A DNA stretch of 64,000 bases from a virus (taxonomy: Duplodnaviria; Caudoviricetes). Made by a program: the position numbers and the translations under genes. The first letter of the stretch is position 1. Each line of letters begins with the position of its first letter. Where the stretch lies: positions 1,699 through 65,698 of the IMG/VR virus record IMGVR_UViG_3300021167_000088, one strand, 5' to 3'. Positions 53,680-63,995 of the stretch are shown here, in pieces. The notes below the pieces were generated by a model. The model did not search any database, was not told where the DNA came from, and was given only the letters and a program-made list of their open reading frames with translations.

Positions 53680-53904
53680 ATGACGTTAGCACTCGACATA
53701 TTCGCCCCGCTACCTGATACGGCAGAGCAGCTACGCGACTATTTCGAGTGGGTTGTGCAGACAGGTGGCGGAAGTCGCCGAGTGTGGCTGGACCAGCGCG
53801 GCCTGTCATTCATCGAGCCAAAGCATCACGGAATCATCGGGCTTGCGATTCCTGACGATGGCGAAACGGACGGAAACAAGGTTTTTTTGCGAGCGGTTTA
53901 TTGA
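53680..53904 (+). CDS. Hypothetical protein
   Basis: 74-aa ORF after lysis genes. Confidence 0.45.
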   Translation: MTLALDIFAPLPDTAEQLRDYFEWVVQTGGGSRRVWLDQRGLSFIEPKHHGIIGLAIPDDGETDGNKVFLRAVY

Positions 53905-53951
53905 CCGTGGCAATTAATTTCTACATTCAATTTACAAAGGAGTAACACATC

Positions 53952-54338
53952 ATGGCCCTTTCTTTATCTACTGCCGTCCGTACCGCTCGCGCTCAAGCAA
54001 TCATCACCGCAGCTGGCGCTACTGGCGCAAAGCTTAAATTCTTTTCCGGTACTCGCCCGGCGACGGGTGGCGCGGAAACGACTCTGCTTGCAACGCTTAC
54101 TTTTCCCGGCGTTATCGGCGTGGCGGGTTCTGGCGCTATCGACTTCACCGAAGCTGGGATTACGCAAACGAACTCTTCTCACGTGTCTGGAACCCCGACA
54201 TGGGCGCGCATCGAAACATCAGCAGGCACGCACATTGCCGACCTGTCGATTAGTGCCGACATGACGTTCACCGGGACTATTGCAACTGGCGTTGATATTA
54301 CGCTGGGGGCTTCGACGCTGACCGAAGCGAACGCCTAA
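53952..54338 (+). CDS. Small virion structural protein (paralog of 58785..59228)
   Basis: KFFSGTRPATG..TLLATL, SGTPTWARI, IATGVDITL; RBS aaggag. Confidence 0.7.
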   Translation: MALSLSTAVRTARAQAIITAAGATGAKLKFFSGTRPATGGAETTLLATLTFPGVIGVAGSGAIDFTEAGITQTNSSHVSGTPTWARIETSAGTHIADLSISADMTFTGTIATGVDITLGASTLTEANA

Positions 54339-54341
54339 TCG

Positions 54342-55598
54342 ATGGCTTCTCCGGTTGCCGATATTGTTGGTTGCCCATCTGGCGGCGTGATAGCCGCTGG
54401 GCGGCATATCGTCAGCCTAAATACCGCTCTGATGGGCGATTCGCTGACCGATGACTCCTATGGGCTGAGCAATTTTTATACGCTCAACGCGCTCTGCGGC
54501 GGCCAGATGGTGTTGCTCGCAAACAGCGGTATATCTGGCAACACAGTCGAAAACATGAACGCCCGAGTAGATAACGACTATCTAAATGCAGCACCTGGCA
54601 TGGCCGGACTCGGGATCGTTGGGCGTATTTTTGTCCGTGCTGGAACAAACAACGCCCGGGGAGATATTCCTATATCGAGTCTTGCTGGAGCCTACACAAC
54701 GTTACTCAATAAGCTGGCCGGCTATGCTCAACGCGTCATCATCCTCGCAGTTCCGCCGCTCGCGAATGCAAACAACAACGCTACGGCAGCCACCTACAAC
54801 GCCTGGTTAGCAGATTTCGCTGCGTCCAATCCATCCAAATTTAAATTTATCGACGATTGCATCGATTGTCGCAACGCCGATGGGTCGCAAAAGGCCGATG
54901 CCTTTAATGCAGACGGCGTGCATTTCAAAGGCGTCGGCGTTGCAAGATCGGCAATCACTGCTGCCGCTGCTCTATATGCAGAGCTTGGGTCGTATCCGTC
55001 GCCACTCAGTAAAGACTCGGCAGATGTCTATCCGGCCAAGCCGCAATGGTTCGCTAATCCAACAATTGCCGGCACGAGTGGGACTAAAGACGGCGGATTT
55101 ACCGGCTCCGTAGCGAACAACCTGTGGATCGGAAACTACGGGTCAGGAATGATCGGCGTTTGCTCAATTGTCGCAGCAGATGCTGGCGATCCAAATCAGA
55201 CGCCGTGGCAGCGCATCGCCCTAACATCCGGGCAGGTTGGGAGCCGTCTAGAAATAGCGTCAACGCTCGTCGGTCGAGCGATCACTAGCGCAGACCCAGA
55301 GAGACTTGATGCAATAGCCGAAATTCGCGTCACCAATCTCGACCGGGATAGTTTGTCGTCATTTTCTGTCTTGGCGCAGGCAAATACCGGTGAATACCTC
55401 GTTCCGGCCGCCGCGCTGTATCTCGATAACACCGGGACGGAAACCAAGAACTACGTGTTGCGCGCTCGCCGAAAAAGATCTGGCGCGACTACGCCATCAT
55501 CAATCGGGTGGCATCTGTATGCAACGGTTCGTGCGGCGTTCGGCCCATTGGCTAGCGTCGGAACAATAGACGTTCGCTGCATAACGGTAAGAGGATAA
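54342..55598 (+). CDS. SGNH/GDSL hydrolase domain virion protein
   Basis: MGDSLT (block I), SGISG (II), AGTNN (III), DGVH (V). Confidence 0.8.
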   Translation: MASPVADIVGCPSGGVIAAGRHIVSLNTALMGDSLTDDSYGLSNFYTLNALCGGQMVLLANSGISGNTVENMNARVDNDYLNAAPGMAGLGIVGRIFVRAGTNNARGDIPISSLAGAYTTLLNKLAGYAQRVIILAVPPLANANNNATAATYNAWLADFAASNPSKFKFIDDCIDCRNADGSQKADAFNADGVHFKGVGVARSAITAAAALYAELGSYPSPLSKDSADVYPAKPQWFANPTIAGTSGTKDGGFTGSVANNLWIGNYGSGMIGVCSIVAADAGDPNQTPWQRIALTSGQVGSRLEIASTLVGRAITSADPERLDAIAEIRVTNLDRDSLSSFSVLAQANTGEYLVPAAALYLDNTGTETKNYVLRARRKRSGATTPSSIGWHLYATVRAAFGPLASVGTIDVRCITVRG

Positions 55599-55601
55599 AA
55601 G

Positions 55602-56720
55602 ATGGCTTTCGTTAGTGACACATTTACCGACACGAATGGCACTGCCCTAGCTTCACACGTTGGCGAGACTGGCGCAACGTGGGTTTTGCATCCGACAACA
55701 TCGACCGGCGCGATGGGCATACTGAATGACGGGACAAATTCCGGGGCATACCCAACAGACTCACCCACCGCGATGTACTACGCAAGCGGCGCTTCAGCCA
55801 CTGCCGAATATGATGTTTTGTCGTCAGGTGTAAGGCGGGTCAATTCGGTAACATCAGGTTTCGTTTTCTTGGCAGGCAGAATACATTCAACGGACTCTAC
55901 TGCATATGTTGCAGGGTTTGACTTTGCATCTAATAATTGGATCATTCAAAAGCGTATCGCCGGGTCCTCGACCGCGCTATCAACGATCGCTGGTACGTGG
56001 CCTGAGAATGGGGTAAAAGATTTAAAGTTCGAGATCCGCGATGCGTCTAAAAAACTATTTGCCGATGGCGTCGAAGTCGGGTCAACAACAGACAATACGA
56101 TAACTGCGGCAGGGAAGGCCGGTTTCAGATGCGCTCCTACGTCAGTAGGTGGGTCATATGGGATTTTTGACAATTTCACAGCAACCGACCCAGTAAGCGG
56201 CGGCGCAACAGCTTCTATCTCGCTAACCACTTCCGCCGCAACGCTATCTTCATCTGCGTCAGTGTCACCGCTTGCTAGTTTTTCTCTGACTACGGCAGCG
56301 GCGGTTATCTCTGGATCGGCTTCTGTTGCAGGCGCATCGTCTGCGTCGTTCTCCATTTCAACGATGGCGGCTTCTCTTGCCTCGTCTGCCTATGTCTCTC
56401 CCATAGCAAGTATTTCGCTAACAACTGCTGCGGCTACGCTATCTGGCTCTGCAGTTGGTAATTCATCGACCGGGACGCTGACAATCGTTGATCTAAAAGA
56501 TATGACGACTGGCGCGTTGCGCACCAATGAGACTGGTATTGTCATCATCGTCAATGATGTATCAACAGGGGCGCTGGTTGTAAAGCTTACCGGGCAAACA
56601 TCGGATTCTGTCGGCGATATTGTTGTGTCGAACGTGGCGTGGTCAATTGGCACAACCTACCGGGTGACCATCATTCTTTCCGATGGCTCGGAAGGAACGT
56701 GGAAATACACGGCAACCTGA
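55602..56720 (+). CDS. Putative fibre protein with lectin-like N-terminus and ~20-aa Ser/Ala/Thr repeats
   Basis: FVSDTFTDT, LKFEIR...FADGVEV; repeats ASISLTTSAATLSSSASVSP. Confidence 0.6.
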   Translation: MAFVSDTFTDTNGTALASHVGETGATWVLHPTTSTGAMGILNDGTNSGAYPTDSPTAMYYASGASATAEYDVLSSGVRRVNSVTSGFVFLAGRIHSTDSTAYVAGFDFASNNWIIQKRIAGSSTALSTIAGTWPENGVKDLKFEIRDASKKLFADGVEVGSTTDNTITAAGKAGFRCAPTSVGGSYGIFDNFTATDPVSGGATASISLTTSAATLSSSASVSPLASFSLTTAAAVISGSASVAGASSASFSISTMAASLASSAYVSPIASISLTTAAATLSGSAVGNSSTGTLTIVDLKDMTTGALRTNETGIVIIVNDVSTGALVVKLTGQTSDSVGDIVVSNVAWSIGTTYRVTIILSDGSEGTWKYTAT

Positions 56721-56721
56721 T

Positions 56722-57510
56722 ATGAGCCTCCGCCTATCCTCTTCTCAATCTTCCCACTTTGTCAGTAAGTGGGGTGGGCTTGGCATCCCCGGATCGGAAA
56801 TTCCGACAACCGGAGATAACGGCGGATCTCCACTCGTCAATGATGGAATTGATTCTGCCAAAGAGTACCGGATAGAGACCGTATCGCTGCCGAGTTCCGG
56901 AACGCTGACGGTCTATCCAGATACGTCATACGAATACGTTAGTGATGCAGATGGAACGTTCACGTGGACTTATACCTGCATCGAAGATTCCGTGGCGCAA
57001 ACGCCGCTCGGGTCTGTCGTATTTCAGGTCGGATCACCGGCTGCATCGTTCGCTTTGTCCCCATCTGCGGCTACGTTTTCAGGGACGGCTTATGTTTCTC
57101 CGGTGGCGTCTCTCTCTATATCAACGGCAGCAGCAACGCTGCTCAGCGGGGCCAAAGTATCGGCAATAGCGTCAATGTCGCTTTCAACAGGGCCGGCTAC
57201 ATTCTATGGCGTTGCATTCCCTGCCGATTCTCCCGCGTCTTGTGCTTTTGCAATAACAACTGGTTCTGCTACGTTTTCCGGCACGGCCACATCATCTCCG
57301 GTTGCGTCTTTCAACTTGTCGCTAGAGTCTGTTTCGGCATCGATGTCTGCTTCAGGATATTCATCGCCCGGCGGCTCTGTGTCTCTTTCTCAGGCAGACA
57401 TTGATGCGATTGCCGCAGCGGTATGGGCGCACGTTTCACGCAGCTTGAGCATTGCGCCGCCCACGGCTGGCGATGTCGCTGATGCGGTCTGGAGCAAGAC
57501 GCTGCCATGA
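56722..57510 (+). CDS. Putative fibre protein with ~20-aa Ser/Ala/Thr repeats
   Basis: ASFALSPSAATFSGTAYVSP-type repeats; C-terminal DIDAIAAAVW...DVADAVW. Confidence 0.6.
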   Translation: MSLRLSSSQSSHFVSKWGGLGIPGSEIPTTGDNGGSPLVNDGIDSAKEYRIETVSLPSSGTLTVYPDTSYEYVSDADGTFTWTYTCIEDSVAQTPLGSVVFQVGSPAASFALSPSAATFSGTAYVSPVASLSISTAAATLLSGAKVSAIASMSLSTGPATFYGVAFPADSPASCAFAITTGSATFSGTATSSPVASFNLSLESVSASMSASGYSSPGGSVSLSQADIDAIAAAVWAHVSRSLSIAPPTAGDVADAVWSKTLP

Positions 57511-57896
57511 CGATCACGACCGGAGAATATCTCGTCTCAAGATCTTCGCTTCCCAGCGGAACGGCAATGGCGCATTGGCTTTCTGTGCAATCCGGTGACC
57601 GAATCATCTACTGCTCGCAGGTAACGACCGCGCTGACGCAGGACGAAATCACCGCCACGCGCAAGCCGAAGCGGGTAGCGCAAGAGTCTTCAAGGGCCAT
57701 TGCGCCAACCGTGCAAAGCAAGGCAACCAAGCACAAAACAAACTTCTTTGCCTTTTCTCCACAGCAAACAGAGATTGTTTCGCTGCATGAGCCTGACGAA
57801 ATCACTGTAACGAAGCGCACCACGACAGTCACCGTAAAGCAGGACTTAGCGAAGGAACAAGTTGCTAGTAAACCGTTGCGCAGTTATATAAACTAG
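57507..57896 (+). CDS. Hypothetical virion protein
   Basis: ATGA-coupled; GEYLVSRSSLPSGTAMAH. Confidence 0.55.
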   Translation: MTITTGEYLVSRSSLPSGTAMAHWLSVQSGDRIIYCSQVTTALTQDEITATRKPKRVAQESSRAIAPTVQSKATKHKTNFFAFSPQQTEIVSLHEPDEITVTKRTTTVTVKQDLAKEQVASKPLRSYIN

Positions 57897-57921
57897 ACTA
57901 ATACATAGATAAGGTTAATTT

Positions 57922-58770
57922 ATGGCCGTAGTATCAGGAACCGTTCTGGACGTAAACACCAACCCGATTGCAAAGCTCCTGTACGTTTATCGGAAAGACA
58001 ACGGGCGTTTTGTCGGTGAAGCCATTTCCAATGCGACGACCGGCGCATGGTCCTGCACAGTTCCATCTTCGAGTATCAAATACTTTGCAATTGTCCAATA
58101 CGACGCAGTTGATCCTTACGCTGATAGCGTGGCGCTTGATCTGGTGCTGACTGGTTATCCGGGACAGACGACGTTCTTTGACCGGACAGGCAAGGCGATA
58201 ACCCAAAATGGCAATGTCGTACTGTCTGCGACCCAGGCAATGCACGGCGAGGTATCGGGGTATTTCGACGGAACCGGAGACTATCTGAGCCTTTCCCACG
58301 ATGCAGGGTTCAATCCTGGAACCGGCGCATTTTCCGTTGAGATTGAGTTCAATACATCTCAGTACGTGACGGACTACACAAAGCACTTCATCCACCACGG
58401 CAACTGGCATATCGGCTATTACGCTGGAGAGGTCGTCATCAATGGGGTGACACTGGCTGGGCGCGTCGATAACGGCGCCTGGCATCACGCCGAATTTTGC
58501 TTTGACACGACCAACGAATATGCCTTTGTAGATGGCGTGCTGAAGGCAACCAGAGCGCGCCCCACCACGGCCGATAACACGAACGCTTTGCACATCGGCG
58601 TCACGTCGCCGCTCGATGCAAACCGCTACATGCTCGGGTATTTGCAATGGGCCAAGGTGACGCCCGGAGTTTGCCGGCATGCCGCGTCATACACACCGCC
58701 CACGCATCCGCGAACAACCGGAGCGCCCACTGAAAACGCCCGGATTTTTGACAACCTAACCCCGGTTTAA
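57922..58770 (+). CDS. LamG/concanavalin A-like lectin domain protein
   Basis: GYFDGTGDYLSL, GAFSVEIEF, DNGAWHHA, FVDGVL, HIG, GVCRHAASYTPP. Confidence 0.8.
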   Translation: MAVVSGTVLDVNTNPIAKLLYVYRKDNGRFVGEAISNATTGAWSCTVPSSSIKYFAIVQYDAVDPYADSVALDLVLTGYPGQTTFFDRTGKAITQNGNVVLSATQAMHGEVSGYFDGTGDYLSLSHDAGFNPGTGAFSVEIEFNTSQYVTDYTKHFIHHGNWHIGYYAGEVVINGVTLAGRVDNGAWHHAEFCFDTTNEYAFVDGVLKATRARPTTADNTNALHIGVTSPLDANRYMLGYLQWAKVTPGVCRHAASYTPPTHPRTTGAPTENARIFDNLTPV

Positions 58771-58784
58771 CAAGGAGCAACACC

Positions 58785-59228
58785 ATGGCTTACATTTCAT
58801 TTTCCGATACCCCGAAACTCAATTCCCTGACCGCCATCCGCGACCTTATGGACGCCGGTACGCATTCGTGCGTAATGGAGTTCCGCACCGGAACCAAGCC
58901 GACAACCGCCAACGATACGCGAACCGGTACGCTGCTCGGATATGTCGTGCTGCCCGACCCCTGCACGGCATCGCCTGGTTCCTTAGCGGCGGCCGGGATG
59001 ACGGTTGGAACGATTACCGGCGAAGATGCGGCGCTGGCTACTGGCACGGCAACGTGGGCGCGAGTGTCTTCGCGCACCGGATCTGATCCGGCCACTGCCA
59101 CTCTTGTCACGGTAATGGATGTGGATGTCACAAACACGGGTGGCGGTGGCACTTGCCAACTCAATACGACCAATATTGTCATCGGCGGCCCGATCAACGT
59201 CACATCGTTTGTGCTGACCGTTGCATAA
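58785..59228 (+). CDS. Small virion structural protein (paralog of 53952..54338)
   Basis: EFRTGTKP..A..GTLLG, TGTATWARV, IVIGGPINV; RBS aaggag. Confidence 0.7.
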   Translation: MAYISFSDTPKLNSLTAIRDLMDAGTHSCVMEFRTGTKPTTANDTRTGTLLGYVVLPDPCTASPGSLAAAGMTVGTITGEDAALATGTATWARVSSRTGSDPATATLVTVMDVDVTNTGGGGTCQLNTTNIVIGGPINVTSFVLTVA

Positions 59229-60143
59229 ATGAGCTACACCCCGCCCGCTGGTAATGCTGTTTTTTTCCAGTTCACTGGCGAGGCTTACACGCCGCCAGCG
59301 GGTAATGCTGTTGACTTTAGCTTTCTCAGCATCATCTCGGGCGGGGTGGGTGGGGTTGTTCCGTTCGCTTCATCGGCAAGTGGTGTTCACGGTACGGTGG
59401 GTACGGTTTCCTCGCTCGGGATGTTTTCGGCCGAGATACTTGGAACTTTCCCGCCGTTCGCGCTGGTTACACCAAAACTTACATTCGCTGCGGCGATTGT
59501 CGGCGAGCAGCCGATTACGGGCAGCCTTTCCGCGCCGATTACCTTCTCGGCCACTGCGACCGGGATAGGGCATGTATCTGGCAGCGTCGATGCGTCCTTG
59601 CAGTTTTCCGGCGCGATAGGCGGTATCGGAGAGGCAACTGGCGCGGTGGCCGGCGAACTAACCTTCGCTGTCTCGATTGCCGGGCAGGTTGTCGCCAGCG
59701 GCTCGGCTTCGCCCCGGCTACGTTTCTCAGCGGCTATGACCGGCGATGTACCACCGGCTGGCATTCTGTCAGGCAATCTTCGGATGATGGCCCAGGCAAG
59801 CGGCGCAGTGGGTCGGACGGGCGTCGTTTCAGCGCAGATGCAAATTCAGGGGGCTATGCTCGGCACGGTATCCAGAACCGGAACGGTCGGCGCGGCGCTG
59901 GGCTTTTCCGGGGCTATCGCTGCCCGGTACGGTAGTCGTGGCAGCGTGGGTGCTGTGGTCCCGTTCGCCGTCGCGGCGATCGGTGTTTCGATCCCGCCGT
60001 CGGCTGGTGCTGTCGAAGGACACCTCCGGTTCGCTGCCCGCATGGTCGGCGCGCACCACAACGACCTGATACTGGACGACCCGATCCTGATCTACACCCG
60101 CCAAAAGACCCACGACATAGCGGTGTTCAGTCATGGCGTATGA
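59229..60143 (+). CDS. Putative fibre protein with ~20-aa beta repeats
   Basis: Duplicated YTPPAGNAV N-terminus; periodic G-x-V/L-S-x3-F-S-A repeats. Confidence 0.6.
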   Translation: MSYTPPAGNAVFFQFTGEAYTPPAGNAVDFSFLSIISGGVGGVVPFASSASGVHGTVGTVSSLGMFSAEILGTFPPFALVTPKLTFAAAIVGEQPITGSLSAPITFSATATGIGHVSGSVDASLQFSGAIGGIGEATGAVAGELTFAVSIAGQVVASGSASPRLRFSAAMTGDVPPAGILSGNLRMMAQASGAVGRTGVVSAQMQIQGAMLGTVSRTGTVGAALGFSGAIAARYGSRGSVGAVVPFAVAAIGVSIPPSAGAVEGHLRFAARMVGAHHNDLILDDPILIYTRQKTHDIAVFSHGV

Positions 60144-62385
60144 CGACAAAAAACTAAGCGGTCTGTTCCCGACGCGCAGCGGGACACCGACCGGGACCGC
60201 CAACGAGCGGAAGATGCTGGACAATATCGGCTCGGCCGACGGTTTCGCAACGCGGGTCAGGGTGGGGCCGGACGGGCTGAAGACCTACTTGAAAACCAGG
60301 GGTGGCATGCCTCACTTCTGGAACGACCCGAACGAAGTCGAAGTCAGTGGCGATCCGTCGGTGCCGATTGAAATGGATTCCGGCGCAGTCGTAATCGGCC
60401 CGACTGCGCCGCTGCACCCGGATGCGTACAAGGATTGTATCCTGCACTACGGCGTGGCCGAAAGGGCGTATGTGCTGCTAAAGCGGCTGCTCGGCAAGAT
60501 CAAGCCGCCTGCCGTGACCAATGCCACCCCGCCGCTCGAAGGTGTTCCGGGCAATTCGTTCCTGGCCCCAGCAAACCGGGTCGGTGTGCGGGATGATAAT
60601 TTGGTCGGGCTGCTCTACGGCAAGAAGCTATGCGCCGCCTATTGTCCGCCGAGCATGTTCACCGGCAAGGCCCGGTTGTATGCCCAGGCACTGTACGGCG
60701 CGCCGGTCAAGCAGTGGGTATGGGCGGTTAATGTCGGGACGGGCGACCCGCCCGAACTGTCGTACAAGGGCAGTGACCGGATGAAGCTGACGACGCATAG
60801 CGGCATCTATCTCGATTCGCAATGGACCCATTGGCTGCTGTCGATGGATAACCTGGGCGTCAAGATCACGCGCCTGAAGCGCGACGAGGCCGTGAAGCCT
60901 TTGGTGAAGGTGTTGGCGGCGGGCGGAACCGAGGCTGAGAAGGTCGAGGCGTACATTCTCTCGCGCTCTTACCCGGACGAGTCGATGTCATTCTGGATAG
61001 CCATACCCGGCACACCTACCTGCTCGATGCTGGGGTATGGCTGGAAATTCAACTGGTCAGGTACTGTGGCTGACATCATCCACCATAGCTCCGTGGCGGT
61101 CAGCTTGACGCTTTCCGATATAAAGTCGACGCATTATCGGGTTGCTTTTAACCGCAATTCCGGGATGTCTGCACCAGCGGGAATGTCATTGATCGATGCT
61201 GAAAAACTACGCTGGTCGGCGATTCTGTCTATCGTCGAAGGACCGGTGCAATGGCATAACCAGCGCTACGGTCAGGTAGTAAGCAGCCCATCGTGGAGCG
61301 ATTACACGCTAGGCTTGTTTGGGGAAAAGTTCGGCGTCCCCCACGGCAATGCGCCAGTTTATTGCTTCTACAAACGCGACGAGTTGGAAGTAATTCGATT
61401 CCAGTATTACGGTGGCGAGAACAATGTCAAGTACAAGCGCGTGAGCACTCCACTATCGTGGATTGGTCAACACGATTGGTCGATAACCAACATGAGCGAT
61501 GCGCAAGTTTACGGCACCATCGGGATGGACAGCGCATCCGGAGAGGTTAAAACAAGAACGACTAATCCGGTGACGACCGGATTTTCCTCTACCGCGGTCA
61601 ATGGCGTGGACACCGCAACATCCTATAGCTACACGCGCATCGACCAAGGAGCCAAGGCGTTCGGCGAACCTTTCAGCGTCACGTCATATACTTCGATAAC
61701 AGAATCAACGTTGCCAGGTAGGCCAACTGAATCGTCAGCGGTTCATAGCGTAGGGGCCGATGGTGTTGAGTTGATTGCCGGATTCGGGGTAGATAACCCT
61801 GATGGCCCAACGATGCCGAGCGGGCGACTGGAGGTGTCGAACAGCCTACAGACGACCATTGGCGGCATTGTCAATGCGACTGGATCGCACAGCGAGGCCA
61901 CCATGCCTCTTATTGTCGTTCCGTTCAATGACGCGGAAGCCGTCTATCTGCGCACCTGGCGGAATGTGGCGAGAAACGAAACCGGGACGACCGGCAGTTA
62001 TGTCGGTTACACGAACTCTTGGGCCAAGCGCTACAGGCACTACATCGTCAATGCAGATGGTGAGACATTCTCTGTGGATGGTGAATGGCTCGTCGAACTG
62101 TCGCAAGCTGGCGGCAGTTTCGGCATCAACACGGGATCGACCGCGCACGCGCTGAACACGACAAACGACGTGGTTATCGCATCCAGCCTGATCAGTAGTG
62201 CGGGAACGGTGGATTATTCGCCGACCAGTTCATTGGCGGTCTTTTTCTCCGGCGAAATCGACAGCATCCCGCAGCAGTTCTGGACTTCTTCCAGCCTGCT
62301 TGGGGCGATCTATGGCGAAGGCGCCACGCAGTCGCAAGGCTTTATTGCATTCGACGATCCACCGCCATTCATAGGATGGGCATGA
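60133..62385 (+). CDS. Large virion structural protein
   Basis: 750-aa ORF; conserved-looking N-terminal half (PPSMFTGKARLYAQALYG), Ser/Thr-rich C-terminal half. Confidence 0.6.
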   Translation: MAYDDKKLSGLFPTRSGTPTGTANERKMLDNIGSADGFATRVRVGPDGLKTYLKTRGGMPHFWNDPNEVEVSGDPSVPIEMDSGAVVIGPTAPLHPDAYKDCILHYGVAERAYVLLKRLLGKIKPPAVTNATPPLEGVPGNSFLAPANRVGVRDDNLVGLLYGKKLCAAYCPPSMFTGKARLYAQALYGAPVKQWVWAVNVGTGDPPELSYKGSDRMKLTTHSGIYLDSQWTHWLLSMDNLGVKITRLKRDEAVKPLVKVLAAGGTEAEKVEAYILSRSYPDESMSFWIAIPGTPTCSMLGYGWKFNWSGTVADIIHHSSVAVSLTLSDIKSTHYRVAFNRNSGMSAPAGMSLIDAEKLRWSAILSIVEGPVQWHNQRYGQVVSSPSWSDYTLGLFGEKFGVPHGNAPVYCFYKRDELEVIRFQYYGGENNVKYKRVSTPLSWIGQHDWSITNMSDAQVYGTIGMDSASGEVKTRTTNPVTTGFSSTAVNGVDTATSYSYTRIDQGAKAFGEPFSVTSYTSITESTLPGRPTESSAVHSVGADGVELIAGFGVDNPDGPTMPSGRLEVSNSLQTTIGGIVNATGSHSEATMPLIVVPFNDAEAVYLRTWRNVARNETGTTGSYVGYTNSWAKRYRHYIVNADGETFSVDGEWLVELSQAGGSFGINTGSTAHALNTTNDVVIASSLISSAGTVDYSPTSSLAVFFSGEIDSIPQQFWTSSSLLGAIYGEGATQSQGFIAFDDPPPFIGWA

Positions 62386-63995
62386 TGAAAACAGTACCGA
62401 AGGGTCCATTTCTTGGCATCAATAACCGGCTACCGGCATTCTCCCTGCACGTCGACAAGACAGGCGACTTCCTGCGGGAAGCCGAGAACGTCGACATCGA
62501 CAACGCTGGGAATCTGCGGCTCCGGAAAGCTGCCATCCGAATACAGGCAATGACCGGGGCGCACTCGCTATTCACGGCCGGCGATGGAACGCGCTATCTG
62601 GTGCGTGGATCCGTGCTCTATACCGTGACGCTGCCGACCTACACGGAGACACTGTTCAAGATTCTGGCCAGTGACGCGGCCATGAGCTATGCCGAATACG
62701 GAGGTTCGCTGTTTTTCAGCAACGGCGTCGACTCCGGGCGGATTGCTGGCGGCGTCTGCTATCCGATGGCCTTGCCGACGCCCGCTTCGCCGAGCGTGAC
62801 CAACGTGGGTGGGGAATTGTTCGCCGGCCATTACCAAGTGGCGGTCAGTTACGCCCGCCTGGATGGCGCGACGCTGCTGGAAGAGGGTGGCCTCAGCCCG
62901 TCGAGCAACTACGAACTGGTAGCAGACGGCGGACTGCGCATCACGCTCCCCGGCGCTGTCACTGGTGCGACCCACACCAATGTCTATGTCTCGACGGCCA
63001 ACGGCTCGGTGCCGATGCTGGCTAAGACGGTCGCCCTCGGCATGGCTACCAAGGATGTGACGCTGCAAGCCGAGCTGGCTATCGGGCGCGAAGTCCCGCA
63101 GCGCTACGAGTCGCCGCTGCCGGCAGGCGACCTGCTGTTCGAACACAACAATCGCCTGTGTTCGATCAAGGGCAACAACATCTATGTCGGCAGCCCATTC
63201 CGCCACGGCTACTACGAAGTGGCGACCGGGCGCCTCCCGTTCCTGGCCCCGGTGACCAACGCAATCTCGGCCCAGAACGGCGTCTACATCACGACGACCG
63301 AACAGTCCTACTGGTTCCCCGGCGAAGACCTGCTCGACGAGAAAAAGATTGCCGACGTGCTACCCTACGGCGCGGTCAAGGGCACCGCCTTCAAGTTCCC
63401 CCACAACTCCAAGGTCGGCTGGTTCGGCGCGCAAGGACTGGTTACCGCCGATCTGCAAGGTCAGGTCGAGGCGGTGATGGCCGACAATGTCAACCTGACA
63501 GCTCCGGCCACAGGTCTCTCGGCGGTGTTCTCATCGACCGGGCACTACCGCGTGGTGTCCTGCGGCTGGTGTGTGAACCTTGAAAAGCTCGCAGCGACGA
63601 CCTACACCGATTACGACTTCACCAGCATCTCGGGCACCTACGGCACCAAGGCTGACGGCATCTATGATCTGGCCGCTACCGGCGATGTGCCTTACGTGAT
63701 TGGCTTCGGTAAGGAAAACTTCGACTCGGAACAACTGAAGCACCTGCCGGCGACGTATCTCGGCTGCGACTCCGACGTGCCGATGCAGCTTCGTGTGCAG
63801 GGTGTTGACGCCAAGATCGGCGAGTTCGACTACACCTACCCGGCCCGCTCCAGCGGGGCCAACACCAAGATCCAGCGCGTCGATCCCGGCAAAGGGCTAC
63901 GTGCCAACTGGTTCGAACTTTCACTTATCGGCGAAGCCGCCTTCACCCTTGCTACGGTCAGCTTTGCACCCGTGGCCTCTACCCGGAAGATTTAA
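62376..63995 (+). CDS. Putative tail hub/nozzle (P22 gp10-like) protein
   Basis: FLGINNR..LREAENVDID..G.L.LR start, beta-propeller-like repeats, GKGLRANWFEL end; next ATG at 63998. Confidence 0.6.
   Translation: MGMMKTVPKGPFLGINNRLPAFSLHVDKTGDFLREAENVDIDNAGNLRLRKAAIRIQAMTGAHSLFTAGDGTRYLVRGSVLYTVTLPTYTETLFKILASDAAMSYAEYGGSLFFSNGVDSGRIAGGVCYPMALPTPASPSVTNVGGELFAGHYQVAVSYARLDGATLLEEGGLSPSSNYELVADGGLRITLPGAVTGATHTNVYVSTANGSVPMLAKTVALGMATKDVTLQAELAIGREVPQRYESPLPAGDLLFEHNNRLCSIKGNNIYVGSPFRHGYYEVATGRLPFLAPVTNAISAQNGVYITTTEQSYWFPGEDLLDEKKIADVLPYGAVKGTAFKFPHNSKVGWFGAQGLVTADLQGQVEAVMADNVNLTAPATGLSAVFSSTGHYRVVSCGWCVNLEKLAATTYTDYDFTSISGTYGTKADGIYDLAATGDVPYVIGFGKENFDSEQLKHLPATYLGCDSDVPMQLRVQGVDAKIGEFDYTYPARSSGANTKIQRVDPGKGLRANWFELSLIGEAAFTLATVSFAPVASTRKI

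Noticed and set aside
77-63924. Many long antisense or alternate-frame ORFs in the track (e.g. 3195..5342, 46939..47547, 49156..50001, 34284..34895)
   Set aside because: Shadows of GC3-biased or repetitive real genes; no motifs, RBS or operon coupling.
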